Below, in pieces: positions 12,143 through 24,769 of a DNA stretch of 64,000 bases. The DNA is from Lama guanicoe (lineage: Eukaryota): positions 1,361,603 to 1,425,602 of the forward strand of contig MU057051.1 of the NCBI GenBank assembly GCA_013239625.1, written 5' to 3'. The translations under genes and the position numbers were made by a program. The notes beneath the pieces are model-generated. The model searched no databases, was not told the DNA's origin, and saw only the letters and a list, made by a program, of their open reading frames with translations. Every line of letters begins with the position of its first letter. Position 1 is the first letter of the stretch.

Positions 12143-14049
12143 CAAAAAATGTAACTTGAATGCATTCAGGACTTTAGCTCTAACTTCATATTTACAGGGT
12201 ATATAAAAAAAGGAGTGCATGAAATATCACAAATAGGAAACTATGAGATTAATCAAAAATGTAGGAGAGCCTACGAGACAATTGTTTTACCCCTCAAAAA
12301 ATAAACGCCATGAATAAATTTTTTAAAGTTAGAAAGTACTCCAGAATAAAAGAGATTAAAGAGATATAACCACCAATTACAGTGTTGAATCTAGATTGGA
12401 TCCTGTTCTGGAAAAACAAAAAGTAATAAAAGCTATTCTCAGACTGGAGGAATTTAAATATAGACTGTGTTCTAGATTGTATTATGAAATTAATTTTCTT
12501 AAGTTTGAAAGCAGTATGGTAGTTTTTAAGAGATTATACTTGGGAGATGCACTGAGAAGCGTTTAAGAGTAAAATGTTAGGAGGTCGATGACTTTCAAGT
12601 GAAGTGATACAGCAAAAAAATAAGAATAAAATAAAACACGCACACGGAAGGATAAAGCAAATGTAGCAAAAGGTGCCCAGTTGTTGAAGCCAGGTGAATT
12701 TAATACAGGTATTCCTCAGAGAAGGGGGGAGGATACTGGATAATTAAGAGTTAGTGAAAGGACTGGAAGGTCAGCGAGAGGCTAAGTTCCCCTGAGCAAG
12801 GCCTCAATCACCTGACATACCTGGCCAGGTAAGAAGTCGCTGTTGCTGCTGCCTCCCTGACCAGCAGAGGACACCGCCTCTCTGCCCCCCCCCCCCGTCA
12901 ACAGCCACTTCTGCTCCAGGTCTTGACCCTTGAAACCACTTGAGTAAATCCTCCATTGCCTCTGCTGCACCAAAACCTAGGTACCCATGCCACCCACCAC
13001 ACCTCGTGCAAAAACGGAACTGCCACACACACGTGTTTTCTCAGGTAGCTCAGGTGACTCCCCCACTGGTGCATCTGCTTGGTGGAGCCTAGTTCTCAGG
13101 CCTCTATCCTGGCTGTGAGGGAAGCTGGGAATTGGTACAGTGATGCTTCTCTTGCTAAGGTTAGCGAAAGATGATCCGCAGCCCTCGATCCGATAGGTGC
13201 TGGCTGCACAGAACAGTGACGTGTGTAAAGTAGCCAGGGATCCAGGCTCTGTCCCAGGACTTGGTCCGATGATGACAGGATACTTCCCGGTGGAAGAGTA
13301 ATTTCGACTTTTAAATCTTTGCCAGCTTCATACATAGCATTTCTTTAATGTTGAGGTCTGGGCATTTAGTGTTGAGGTCTGGGTTGAGGCGTTTATTTAT
13401 GGACCGACTCTGGGATTTATTTGTTTGGGCATATTGCCTTGTTTGATTATAAGATACTCCCTTAGTTGTTTTCTGTTTAAATGCCGAGAGGCCTTCAGGC
13501 TTGGATTGTCCATAAATTAAAATGTATTATGATTATTATTGTTCACGATGGTTCAAAACTACACTCTCTCATCAGAATGCATAATCAAGACATTGCATAG
13601 AGGAAATTTGTTTTAAAGCCTGATGTCTTACCCACTGGAAAATCTAAGACCGTCTTGGTGAAGCTCTCCTGGCAGTTGGTGATAGATTCAAATGCAGCGG
13701 AATGCAGACTTACCATGACCTAATATTAATATCCATTAACGCATTTTATATTGATCAATTCAGAAAGAGAATTCACGGTGTTCTTTCAGAGGCTGCTGGG
13801 ACGTAGCTTCCACCCCCCTCATTTGTCATCATTATGGGGCAGAGCTGTGGTCCACAGCTTATCATTTGTTTATGGCAGTAAGTCCAGCAAAGGAGGCATA
13901 GATGGGGACACAGTAAAGCTATTGGCCTTCCCTCCTGTTCCTCACCCCGGGGAGCAGGGGGGTGGCAAAGCTATATATCTAGATGCTCATGCCCCACACC
14001 TAGGCGGCATCCCTGATAGCTTCCGCCCCCATGCTGCCCCCCAGTACCC

Positions 14050-14800
14050 AATCCATGATTCGTCCTTTTGATATTAACTCTGAAGTATCACTTCTCTCAT
14101 TTCCTTCGGTGTCAATCCTTTCCTGTGTTACCACAATTTCCCCTGTATTGACAGCATCTCCAAACCAGCCTCCCTACTCTGCTCTTCTCTGCAGCCTGAG
14201 GGATCTTTTTCAGTGCAAATCAGGTCCTGCTGATTGCATCCTCGTACTCGCCCTACAATCTAAAAAATTTTTCAGTGGTTTCCAATTGCATTTATGAAAC
14301 CATCCAGCATCCTTAAGTCTGGCCAGTATGGCTTTGTAGGCTGTACCCCTTCCCCCATCATCAGCTTCTCAGTCTCATCTGGCAGTATCTCTCCCTTGTT
14401 CACTGGGCTCCAGCTACACCAGCCTTCGATTCAGTATCTTGTATGCTCCGAGCTTCTTCTCCCTTCCAAGTCTTTATATGTGGTGTCCCCTCTGCCTGGT
14501 ATTTGTGCCTTCACCACCTGTACCCACCCCTGGGGAAATGCTCCCGGCAGAACTAGATCTGTTCTCCATCCTCCTAGCCCCCTCTGTCTTTCCTTTTTCA
14601 CATCATCACTGTTTGACATTACACATACGTTGGTGCAATTGTTTGGACTTATATTAACCCCACTAAATTGGCAACATCTTGAAGGCAAAGAGGATGCTTC
14701 AACCTCTTTGCAGCCTCAGCTCATGGTGCAAACCGTAGTCATGTGTGTGTTTCTTGAATAAAAATATGTATATCTATTTGAACAAATGAGTGAATGTCAG
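14050..14800 (+). mobile_element. L2 3' fragment
   Basis: gcagcctgagggatctttttcagtgcaaatcag...cttgaaggcaaagagg...gaacaaatgagtgaatg. Confidence 0.7.
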
Positions 14801-15107
14801 TCACAAAGAGGTATGACCCACAGAGAGGTCAGAGAGGGATGAAAAAGCCCAGGATGCATTGAGATTGTGCCGTAAACATTGTCTACGAACCAGGATTTAG
14901 AAACAAGGTCGTGAACGCTGGCTGACGTCTTGTTTCCTCCCCAGTTGAGAAGCTGGGCTGGTCAGCTCAGATATAAAGAATTGTTGAGATGTGAAAGGTA
15001 AGCCTGAGGAGCAACAAAAACTGATTTGCAGAACGTGATGAGATCTCTATCCAGACTGAGATTTCCATGATTGAAATTCCTATAGCCGCCTCCCCTGAGT
15101 TGCGCTC

Positions 15108-15247
15108 NNNNNNNNNNNNNNNNNNNNNNNNNNNNNNNNNNNNNNNNNNNNNNNNNNNNNNNNNNNNNNNNNNNNNNNNNNNNNNNNNNNNNNNNNNNNN
15201 NNNNNNNNNNNNNNNNNNNNNNNNNNNNNNNNNNNNNNNNNNNNNNN
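15108..15247. other. N-gap
   Basis: Run of n. Confidence 1.
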
Positions 15248-17599
15248 ATATTCTGGATGAGACCCGGCTGCTGTTTACATAATGATCTTGCTTTTTCTCT
15301 TAGAGAAGATCTGGTTTTCAATTTTCTTTTTATGCTGGGAGGTATTGTCATTCCAAGATAAACACAGTATATCATAGAATGTGCGGGTGAGAAACATCAA
15401 TAAAGTAATACTCTAGATGGGTTTTAATAATTCTTATTTATGCCACTGGATTAGGTAATAAAATAGTTCACCTTTCATAAAATGTTGGAATAAAAATGTC
15501 CCCAAAATTACAGTAAATTTTTTGTGACCACTCCTGTGGCAAAGTGCCACCGAATAGCAAAAATGAATATTTTGTTAAATGTATTTGACCATTAATAACA
15601 TAATATTCATAACCAGAACCCTGCTCTGAAGTTGGAACAATATCAAAGGAAAGTGCCTTTTTTCTGACCTTTAAGACTAAGTCTGCATGAAACAAAGGCT
15701 TTTTGGCATTTAATCCCAAATATTCCTCCCCTCCTAGCTAGAGATGGTTGATGGACAAGGAAGAGAATGACTTCCAATCACATGCCTTTCAGACAGAAAT
15801 CTCTTCTTCACATAGCAAAGGGGAGGGAAGGAGAGCAAGGAGGCACGTGGAATGAACCCAACTGAGGGCTCAAGACGCAGGCAACTATCAGGATACCCAT
15901 GCTGGTGGCCTTGAACTCAGGGGACCACATCTGGGGATAAAAGAAAGCCAAGGAGGCACGGCCACCCTCCACCCTGCTTCAGCCAAACACCTCTCCTGTG
16001 CCCCTGGCATGGACTGGTGCTCCAGGTGAAGAATTTATTCACAAGGAGAAGTGGCTATTTTTAGAACGTCACAAAAACACCTAATAGTGGAAAGAGCAAT
16101 GTTCTAGAAGTCAGCTCCCTGAGCTCTGTTTTCTCACTTACAAAAGGAAGAGTTTACAATTAACGATCTTGAGCCTTCCTCTGTTCCACAATATGTGCTG
16201 TTTTATATTCCAGGCCAAACTCGAGTGTAGATGTGGCTGTTATCTGGTATAACAATCTAATTATGTCATGTTATCAAACAGCATGCTTGCCTCCCTTTTA
16301 ACAGAACAAGGGAAGTGAAACATCCAGTCGTGGAACCAGCGATCCATCAACAGCGCTGGTCCAGGTGTAAGACGCTCACTTGAACATGGGTCACTGGAAA
16401 GTGCTCGAATCACCCGCACGGATTCTAGAGTACGGGGTGAAATCCTGGAGTCTTCCCAAGTCCTTGTGTGCCTGGAAATGAGCCCAACACTAGATTAAGT
16501 TGCAAATAAATATATGAATATAATTTTACTGTCATTAAGAAACCTATAATTTTGGATAATGTTCTTTTTATCATAATTATTCTAGCAGTGAGCAGTTTGT
16601 TGTTTCTCTTCCTTTTCTGCAAAATAACAAAAACTCATCAGCTAAATGAATTAGGGCGAAATCATACAATCAAATACTATGAAACATGTCTAAGAAAAAT
16701 GATCTTCTAGTAGTTTGGGGGGGTGCTCCTCAGGGTCTCTGCTGATTGGAAACAGTTGATTAGATTCAACCTGGTAGAGAGATTCAGAAGAAAAAAAATG
16801 CCCTATCCTCCTGGGTGTGGTTTGCATTCTTATGGCCCCTTACTATGCCGGTATCATGTTTTGTGAGAGCCAGAGAAGTAAGAATATGGCATGGAAAAGA
16901 GATCTGTCTTAAGGACTTGAATTCTATGCACAGCAAGAAACTGGTGATTAGCAATTTCCCCCTGGAAAAACCTATAAAACATGAAAAAATGTTGATATTG
17001 ATGCCGGAACACACTGCCACACAATGTAATGGTAGTGGCCGGCTAGCAGTTTGAAAGGAAATCTCGTTATGACTCTTTTAACACAGAGCTGTGCAAAAGG
17101 AAGAATTTCTACAGCATTCGCCTAAGACAAAGAGAAGGAATTATGGGTAGTGAGTAATATACGTGTCTGGGACTGCTGTCAGGTTCTGCATTTAAAAATA
17201 TTTCTTGAATATAATATTTAAATCTAAAATACAGCAATTTGTGCTTAGTCCTGTTTTGCTTCCAGGGGAGTGGCCTGTCATGGGCAGACAGTCTTCTCCA
17301 AATGAGAAGTGGTTGCCGGAGCATGAAGTCACAGTGCACAGGAGTGACATGGGTGCCCGGGCCAGGAGGGGCAGGGCTGGAACCCAGCACAAGCTCAGCA
17401 ACCTCCCTGAGTACCAAGCAGTCACTGTGTGGGCTGGGCCCAAAGGTGGGCGCTTGGGCAAATTCAGGTGGTCCCAGATAGAGACTGAATGAGGAAACCG
17501 AGGATTTTCAGCAAGATCAGAACCCAAGATGGGAATAGTTAAAGATGGAAGGTAGGGCTGCCTTGATGGGCAGTACCATATAGTGAGGCATTATCAACA

Positions 17600-18070
17600 G
17601 CCTTCATACCACAAATATTTATTTACCAGGTGTTTAGGGAAACAGGTGACCTCTAGAAATGCAGACACTAGAGCAACAGCTAATGTCATGACATATAAGA
17701 GTTTCAGGGGGAGGATGAGTGTGACAGTGAATAATTCACGTTGTGGGATGAGGTTAGGGGAGGGGGAACAGACAAAGAGGAGTGGTCAGGGATAGCTTTT
17801 TACAGGAAGAAACTCTTAAGCTAGGCCTTACAGAGCTCACCAGCTAGACAAAGAGGAAAGGGTATCTCACATAGGAGGACTAACATAAGCAAAGTTTGGA
17901 AGCATGGAATTTGGCAGATTTGGGGAAGAGGAAATGGTTTGGTGTATCTGGATTACAGGGGCTGACTGGAGATCAGGTTTAGGAACTGGAGGAGTAGAGA
18001 GAAGGGTTGTGTAAGGTATTTTGCCAAGGAATCTGAATGCAGTCCAGTAGGCAGTGAGGTTGAGTAAAGC
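17600..18070 (-). mobile_element. L2 fragment
   Basis: acaaatatttatttacc...gccaaggaatctgaatgcagtccagtaggcagtgagg. Confidence 0.6.
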
Positions 18071-18189
18071 TCACTTGTAGCTTTAAAAGTTCACACACGG
18101 AGAGTCAGGAGGTGGACTCATTGCAGGCTTTAAGGGATCTGGAGAAGACTGAGATAAAACTTTTTTTTCTTCAAATATAAATAGATTGT

Positions 18190-18402
18190 ACCACATACTG
18201 TTCTAAGTGTTTTTATACACATCAACTCATTTAATCGTCATAACTCTCTGAAGTAGGTACTAATAGTCTTATCTTATAGATGAGGGAACTGAGGCCCAGA
18301 GAGGTGAAGTAACCTGTCCTAGGTCACACAGCAGATAAGTAGAGAGGAAGGATAAAACCCCAAGCAGTCTGGTTCCAGTGTTTATGCTAAAACCATTCTG
18401 CC
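18190..18402 (-). mobile_element. MIR SINE
   Basis: ttatagatgagggaactgaggcccagagaggtgaagtaacctgtcctaggtcacacagc. Confidence 0.92.
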
Positions 18403-20077
18403 AAGTTCCTTGTGTTGGACACTGGGCCCCAAATGCAGCTCATGGTCAGTGCTCAGTTGACTGAGTGCATACCGAACCTCCCGCTGCTCTCTCATCTCTC
18501 AATAAGTGGGCTGTCTTTTTAGTATCATTCCATCATCCATCCCCCTTGATGCGCCTGCTGGAGGTCGGGGAGGAGAGCCGGTAGCACCCACTTTTCATTT
18601 TTTCTCTTTAGTCTGTATTTACTTTCCATTTCCAGTGTGTGGAATGGTGCCAACCAGGCAGAGTGTGGGCCCTCAGTGAAGACATTTAAATATCTATACT
18701 TTTATATGTAGTTTTTGGTCAATAAATTTTTTTTAATTTTGTGAGCTGTCTTTTGAAAGAAACCCTTCCAACTACGATAGAACACTTTTGACATGAGTCT
18801 GTAAAATTGATTGAGACAGTTTGCCAAAGCCGCCAGTCTTAATTAATGGCTCACTATAACCTCCAGTTTTATTAGGTCTATATTTCTAGTATATTGGTAC
18901 ATATATTAATGACTGGCCCGTGAATAAACTGACAGTTTTAAAATGATACGAGATAACTTGTTTTCTTATGGGGAACTCAACTTGTGCCTTGAACTTAGAG
19001 TAAAATGATGATTAGTTCAGTAAATTATAACTCCCATGCTCATATAATCACCTTAGCAATAGAAAGACGAGATTTTATTTCTTGATGAAACTCTAGTTTG
19101 GACGGGACTCTGGTTAATCTCATGCTCTAGGAAATAGGACTGTTGGCTTCATAGTAACTTTCTGAGCAGAAAAACGTTCACTAGGGGTGTGCTGGTTGCC
19201 TGTATTAGTAATATCCAAGCCTCCACAGTATTTTCCATTATCCTAAATAATGTGTTAAATATAAATGTATATTTATATGAAACAAAATTACATTAAGCCA
19301 AATTAAGTTTGAACTCTTTAACTTTTCATAAAATGCATATAGAACATTTTATAGTGAGAGAGGATATTAATAAAATCAACAACGTGAATTTCAGAACAAC
19401 AACAGAAAGTAATTAGCTGGTCTACTGTCTTAATTTAAAACAATGTGCCTCCTTCCCCCAAAAGGGGACACCACACGTGCCTGGTTCTTTATATGCCTAT
19501 TGCCCAGGCAAAATCTGGTTAGGATATGTTAGTAGAAGCAAAAAGTGCTGAGTTACTGCTGAATTGAATTGCCATATTTTCCAGCCCTTTCTTCCCAAAT
19601 ACCCTGTCTTTTTTGAAAGGTAAACTTTGACGTTAATGTGACAACTCAAAATGACAGTGAAAATATTATACAGAGCTGAAATTTTTCATCTGAGATTCAC
19701 CCAGACAGTGTGAACCAGGCCTACAGTAAGTCGGTTGAATTTGTGGGGATGACATTGCATTTGAGGGTTACTCCCAAAGGCGTAGCTTAATTTAAGGCTG
19801 ATTTTCTCGTAGTGATAAGGTAGCAGAGCTGGCGCTGGGTTCCCAGTTGGAGTGGCGCCACCCTGTGGCAGCAGCATAAACACAGTTTCCAAGTCATTCA
19901 ACCAAGCCAATTCAAAACCAGATACTTGACAATTTTTGTTTCATTTGAGATTATGTGCATTGTTTTAAATTTTGTACATGACGAGAGATTCAACTTCTAT
20001 TTTGACATTACAGTGATTTCAAGTTAGTATATTTCAAATTCACATAAAAGGTACAAGTGTTGTTTTTATATAGCCAT

Positions 20078-20330
20078 AGGCAGAGTGATTAAGAGAAGGT
20101 ACTTTGGAGCTGGTTAGCCTGGATTCAGACCCCAGCTCTGCTACTTAACCCTCTGAATAATTCTGGGTAAATTACTCAACCGTTACAAGCCTCAGTTTCA
20201 TCATCTGTATATGGGGACAGTATACTGGTACCCATCATAATGGATTGTTATGAGGATGAAGTGAGTTACCTCAAGTAAAAGACGAAGAACAGTGCCTGGA
20301 ACAGAGTAGTTCCAAGAAGTCTTTTGTTAT
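20078..20330 (+). mobile_element. MIR SINE (near full length)
   Basis: gtgattaagag...cccagctctgctactta...agcctcagtttcatcatctgta...gaacagtgcctgg. Confidence 0.9.
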
Positions 20331-20644
20331 TGCTTTTCTAGTCATCACTATTAAGCTCAAAGAGACTTTGATAAGTCATCTGATTCATCTTTCTCAGCCC
20401 ATTTGGGTACCAACCTGAACCAGCTCACAGGAGATCAGCACCAGTGTGCAGACTAAGGAACAGACCACAGCTACATGTTGCATTTTAAAAGCCAGTGTCA
20501 CACTTTGAGGTGATTGCTTTAAAAGAAATCAAAATAACTTCAGTGTCTTCATGTCAGATTTAAGTGTTACATCACTCAAAATGCTCAGTTACAAATGACT
20601 GAGCTTCGTTTTAACTCCACCTACAAAATCCATTCTTCTAGACA

Positions 20645-20795
20645 CACGGCTCTCAAACTTTAATGTATATGCAAATCACCAAGGACTCCTGCTAAAATGT
20701 AGAGTCTGAGTCAGTAGGTCTAGGTAATTCCTGAGATTGTTGCATTTCTTACAGGCCAGTACTGTTGGCCTGCAGAGCACATTTTGAGTAGCAAC
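20645..20795. mobile_element. MER5-type hAT DNA transposon
   Basis: tctcaaactttaatgtatatgcaaatcacc...tcagtaggtctagg...cattttgagtagca. Confidence 0.8.
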
Positions 20796-21562
20796 ATTCT
20801 AAATCACTAAGATTCATGTCCATTTCCACTTTCCCACTTCCCTATCACTCAGCATAACGTAGTAAGTTAATCACAAGTCAGAACAGAGCCATAGGAACCA
20901 AGATAACACCCTGTGCATCTTCACTGTCTCTAGACAACTCATCCTTCAACTTCATGATGGCAATGACTACAAAAGTAAAAGAATCATAAATGCCTAAGTG
21001 GAGCTGGGGAAGGTATTGGAAGGACCAAGTTTTATCACAGTTGTTGATACCATGCCAGGATTTCCAAAGATGAGAAGTGGTGTCGTTCACACTAATATAG
21101 AAACTCCTTGTAGGTGACAAGCGGTGGGAGTTAGCGGGGAGGATGAAGCCCCCTGAAGTGTAAAACAGGGGTGCCTCCATCCTGGAGACCTCCCAGGGTG
21201 TGAGGGTCACAGGGGCCGTCCATCAGAGTGCTTTCTGACCTACTGAAAAGAAAGTTAAAGGTTTTATTAGTCGTAAAGCAATGCCCCAAATACTGTAAAT
21301 TTTAAAATTCTTTGGAAATTTACATAAGGCTATCTAAAATCAATCTGCTATAATCCAGGCAAACCAGATGCCCTTTTATTGTGAGAGATTAGAAAATTAC
21401 AGATCAAGAAATGTGTTAACGTGGAAATGACCCTAGAAGTTGAGACCTTTTCGGGGAACCTATTGTGAGGTGCTGACAGCCTCAACTCTCACAAGAAAAA
21501 CAGTTTAAATAATTTTCAGACACTAAAAACATATCCTTAACATCTACATGCTTTTTTTGACC

Positions 21563-21582
21563 ATATATATATATATATATAT
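21563..21582. repeat. (AT)n microsatellite
   Basis: atatatatatatatatatat read directly. Confidence 0.9.
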
Positions 21583-22283
21583 GAGCTGCAACATTTTACA
21601 GTCAGTTAAATCATATTTTAGTCAGAAGAAGTTTTAAGTATATACAGAAAACTTTAGAAAGGTGTACAATCAAAGAAGAGTTAACTCCAATGGTGATTTT
21701 TATTTTCTTTTTGTTTAACTGTACTTTGTCATGTTCTGTAATCAATGTATATTATCTTTGTACTATAGGCGGGGAGGCAACAGAACCAAGTTTTGCTTTT
21801 AAAAAAAAATCATGTCCCGAATGTGAATAAATTATTTTAAAAGTTTACCATTTAGCTTCATATGATATGACTACAGCTTAGGACACTCCTTCCTCCATTT
21901 ATTGCTACTGGCTGAATTTCTGAAAGTATAATTTAGTTCCTTTACTAAAAAGCAAATACCAACACCTGCAATAGCTCTTTGGAGGACTGAGAATTGTCCC
22001 TGCTAATAATTAATTCCATGCGTTCTTTGGGTTCTAAATTACTCTGAGGAAAATCTGAAATAGAGGGACAAAAACCCTTTTTGTTCACGGCTTCCTTCTC
22101 TTGGTCCCGACTGTGTTTCCACTTCAAGCGCCCTTGGGCCATCAAAATGGAATTTCTTAACTTTTGGGGCTCTGGAAACATTTCCAAGGAGCACTTGCAA
22201 GAAACGGCTTCAAACTGGAATCCTTCCGCTCAGGGACAATCATGCAAACAGCCGGCAGAATTTATTTAACCTTCAGCCAGCTG

Positions 22284-22631
22284 NNNNNNNNNNNNNNNNN
22301 NNNNNNNNNNNNNNNNNNNNNNNNNNNNNNNNNNNNNNNNNNNNNNNNNNNNNNNNNNNNNNNNNNNNNNNNNNNNNNNNNNNNNNNNNNNNNNNNNNNN
22401 NNNNNNNNNNNNNNNNNNNNNNNNNNNNNNNNNNNNNNNNNNNNNNNTCAGCTGCTGGAGGAAAATAAAACTGTTNNNNNNNNNNNNNNNNNNNNNNNNN
22501 NNNNNNNNNNNNNNNNNNNNNNNNNNNNNNNNNNNNNNNNNNNNNNNNNNNNNNNNNNNNNNNNNNNNNNNNNNNNNNNNNNNNNNNNNNNNNNNNNNNN
22601 NNNNNNNNNNNNNNNNNNNNNNNNNNNNNNN
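22284..22631. other. Two N-gaps (22284-22447, 22476-22631) around a 28-bp island
   Basis: Runs of n. Confidence 1.
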
Positions 22632-24769
22632 ATGGTCATAGGCCCCCGAAATAAATTTTACCACGTTCAGCAGGTAAAGTTAATCTCAATCCTGGAGAAT
22701 GAAAGAGCCACTTTGATAGAATATTCATCCCATTGACAGTGATGGGACATTTTTCCTCTGTGAACGTCTGGTGTGGAGCATATGCGAGTAGATACCCTCT
22801 CCTCCCCACTCCCCCAGCCCCAGTGGTATGAAGTCCACCTGCAGAAAAAGAGACCTCGGGAACAATTGCCGAAGATGGAACTTGAAAGACCGACTTTGGT
22901 TGAGAAGCTCTCCAGGGAACGGAACATACTGTAGCTCTACCCTGCGGTGATCCAAGTGACGCAGGAATCAGATAAAGAATTAAAGAACCACTGGCTGTTG
23001 CATTCAGTTATTTATGCCCTATCTTTAGTCCAAAAAAGGGCTGGAAGCAGCATTAAGGGGTCACTAAGTCATGGGTGGAAAATACATGGCACAAAGTTTG
23101 CCATCCTCTCCCAAGTCCATCAAATATCCATGATCAGCCACAGAACCCTTTTCCCATGGAGCCCAAATGAAGCTCAGAATTTCAGCCCAGTGTTATACAG
23201 GTGCTCAAATTAAAACGAGTTTGCCACCATCCCCCTAGGTCCTGAAAATCCAGAAACCTGCTTTCAATCATTCAAAGAAATAGAGTAAGTCTTATGAAAA
23301 TTTCCCTAAGGGCAGTGAGAGGGTGTCTCCAGTACTAGAACCTGTGAAAAACAGCCCGTTTGTGGATCCCTCAAAGACAGCTTGTCTGCGAGAGATTTTT
23401 CTTGGGAATGAGGCATGAAGCCCAGCAGAAACGGGGCACTGTGCTCTTCACTGGAGAAATGAGGCTTTTTTCCAAAGGATGAATCTTATCTCCAGGCCAA
23501 GACTCAGCGAGACTCATGGATCTGAGTCATGTGCCTCCAAGAGCCCCTCAGAGCTCATCTTCATTAGAAACTCTAAGGAAGTGTGAGAGGGGAGGAGGGA
23601 AGCGTGCTGGAAGGATGCTAGGGAAGGATGCTAGTCGCTGATGGTGGCGGCGTGCTTGAAGAGCCCAACCCTTCCCCACCCTTCAGCCCTCGTTAGATCT
23701 GCTGTAGGAGCTGCGACTTGCCGCATCTCCCTCGTCGACTGCTTCGTTTAACAGACTGGATTCCTCCGACATTATGACTCAGAGTTTGCTTGGGGGTGAA
23801 AAAAATAAACTAATTTCTCATTTTCTTAATTTAGGGAGAGTAAGTCTTTGTTTTATTAACTTGTTCACCTTGTTGTGAACACCTCCTTTCTTGAGGACAG
23901 GGTGTTGCTCACGTCTCTCAGTATCTCAGGGATGGCGGGCACCCAATCCAGGAAAACCGGTGAATACATCCCTCAGCGTCTCCCGTTCAGAGCCTGCTGT
24001 CTGGATTTTTAGCATAGTGCACATGAAGTAGGCCAATTGCTGCATGTAGGGCAAAGTAGGTATTTATACTAAGTTCATGTTCTCTTCAACTTAAAAAAAA
24101 GAAGAAGAAGAGAAAGAAAACCCAAATGATTAGACTGTCACAGAATCTGAAAAATCAATTTTAAGCGTTTTTGATTCACAATTATTCTGTAAGCACAAGT
24201 CTTTTTTATTAATAAAAATGTGCTCTATGGTGTTCCAACAAGAAAAATGTACTCCAGCATATAAAGTTAAAGGAAAGGCTGTTCTGAATTAGTCTCAACT
24301 ATAGACTTTTTTTTAAATGCCTTTAAAAAGTTTTTTTAAATAATGAAAATTAATCCTTAATGAAGTCCTGCCAAATAGAGGTCCTAGAAGGCCTTCCTTT
24401 GATGAATAAATTAAGGGTTTTTAATTCACTGATTTAATGGTTTCCTTGCCACTTCTTAAAAAAAGGAGTTGGCATCTAATGCAACCTCACCGTCACCTGT
24501 AGCGCTCAGCACGTGGCTTGAACAAAGCTGACGCTCATGAACCAGCCACTAAATAGACAAATGTGCTTGTAAGGGGTTTGAAAACAATTTGCTCCCTTAA
24601 GTAAACATTTCTTCCATATTTTTCATTTTATGATGTAATTGTGACTTTTTTTAGCCCCTACAAAGTTCAGTTTCAGTCCAGTCCATGAAAGAGTGATTAT
24701 GAATTCCATATAAGTGGGATCCAAATTCACACAGTTTTACTTAACTTTAAAATGTGGCACTATGAATTG

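Larger units (their letters stand above)
11260..12710 (+). mobile_element. Old L1 (L1MC/ME-like) 3' region hosting two younger antisense L1 tails
   Basis: A-rich L1M 3' UTR motifs on both sides of 11505-12142 (ccagaataaaagagattaaagagatataac; gattggatcctg; agcaaatgtagcaaaa). Confidence 0.6.

Noticed and set aside
14294-14761. 155-aa ORF
   Set aside because: Lies within a decayed L2; no protein similarity recognised.
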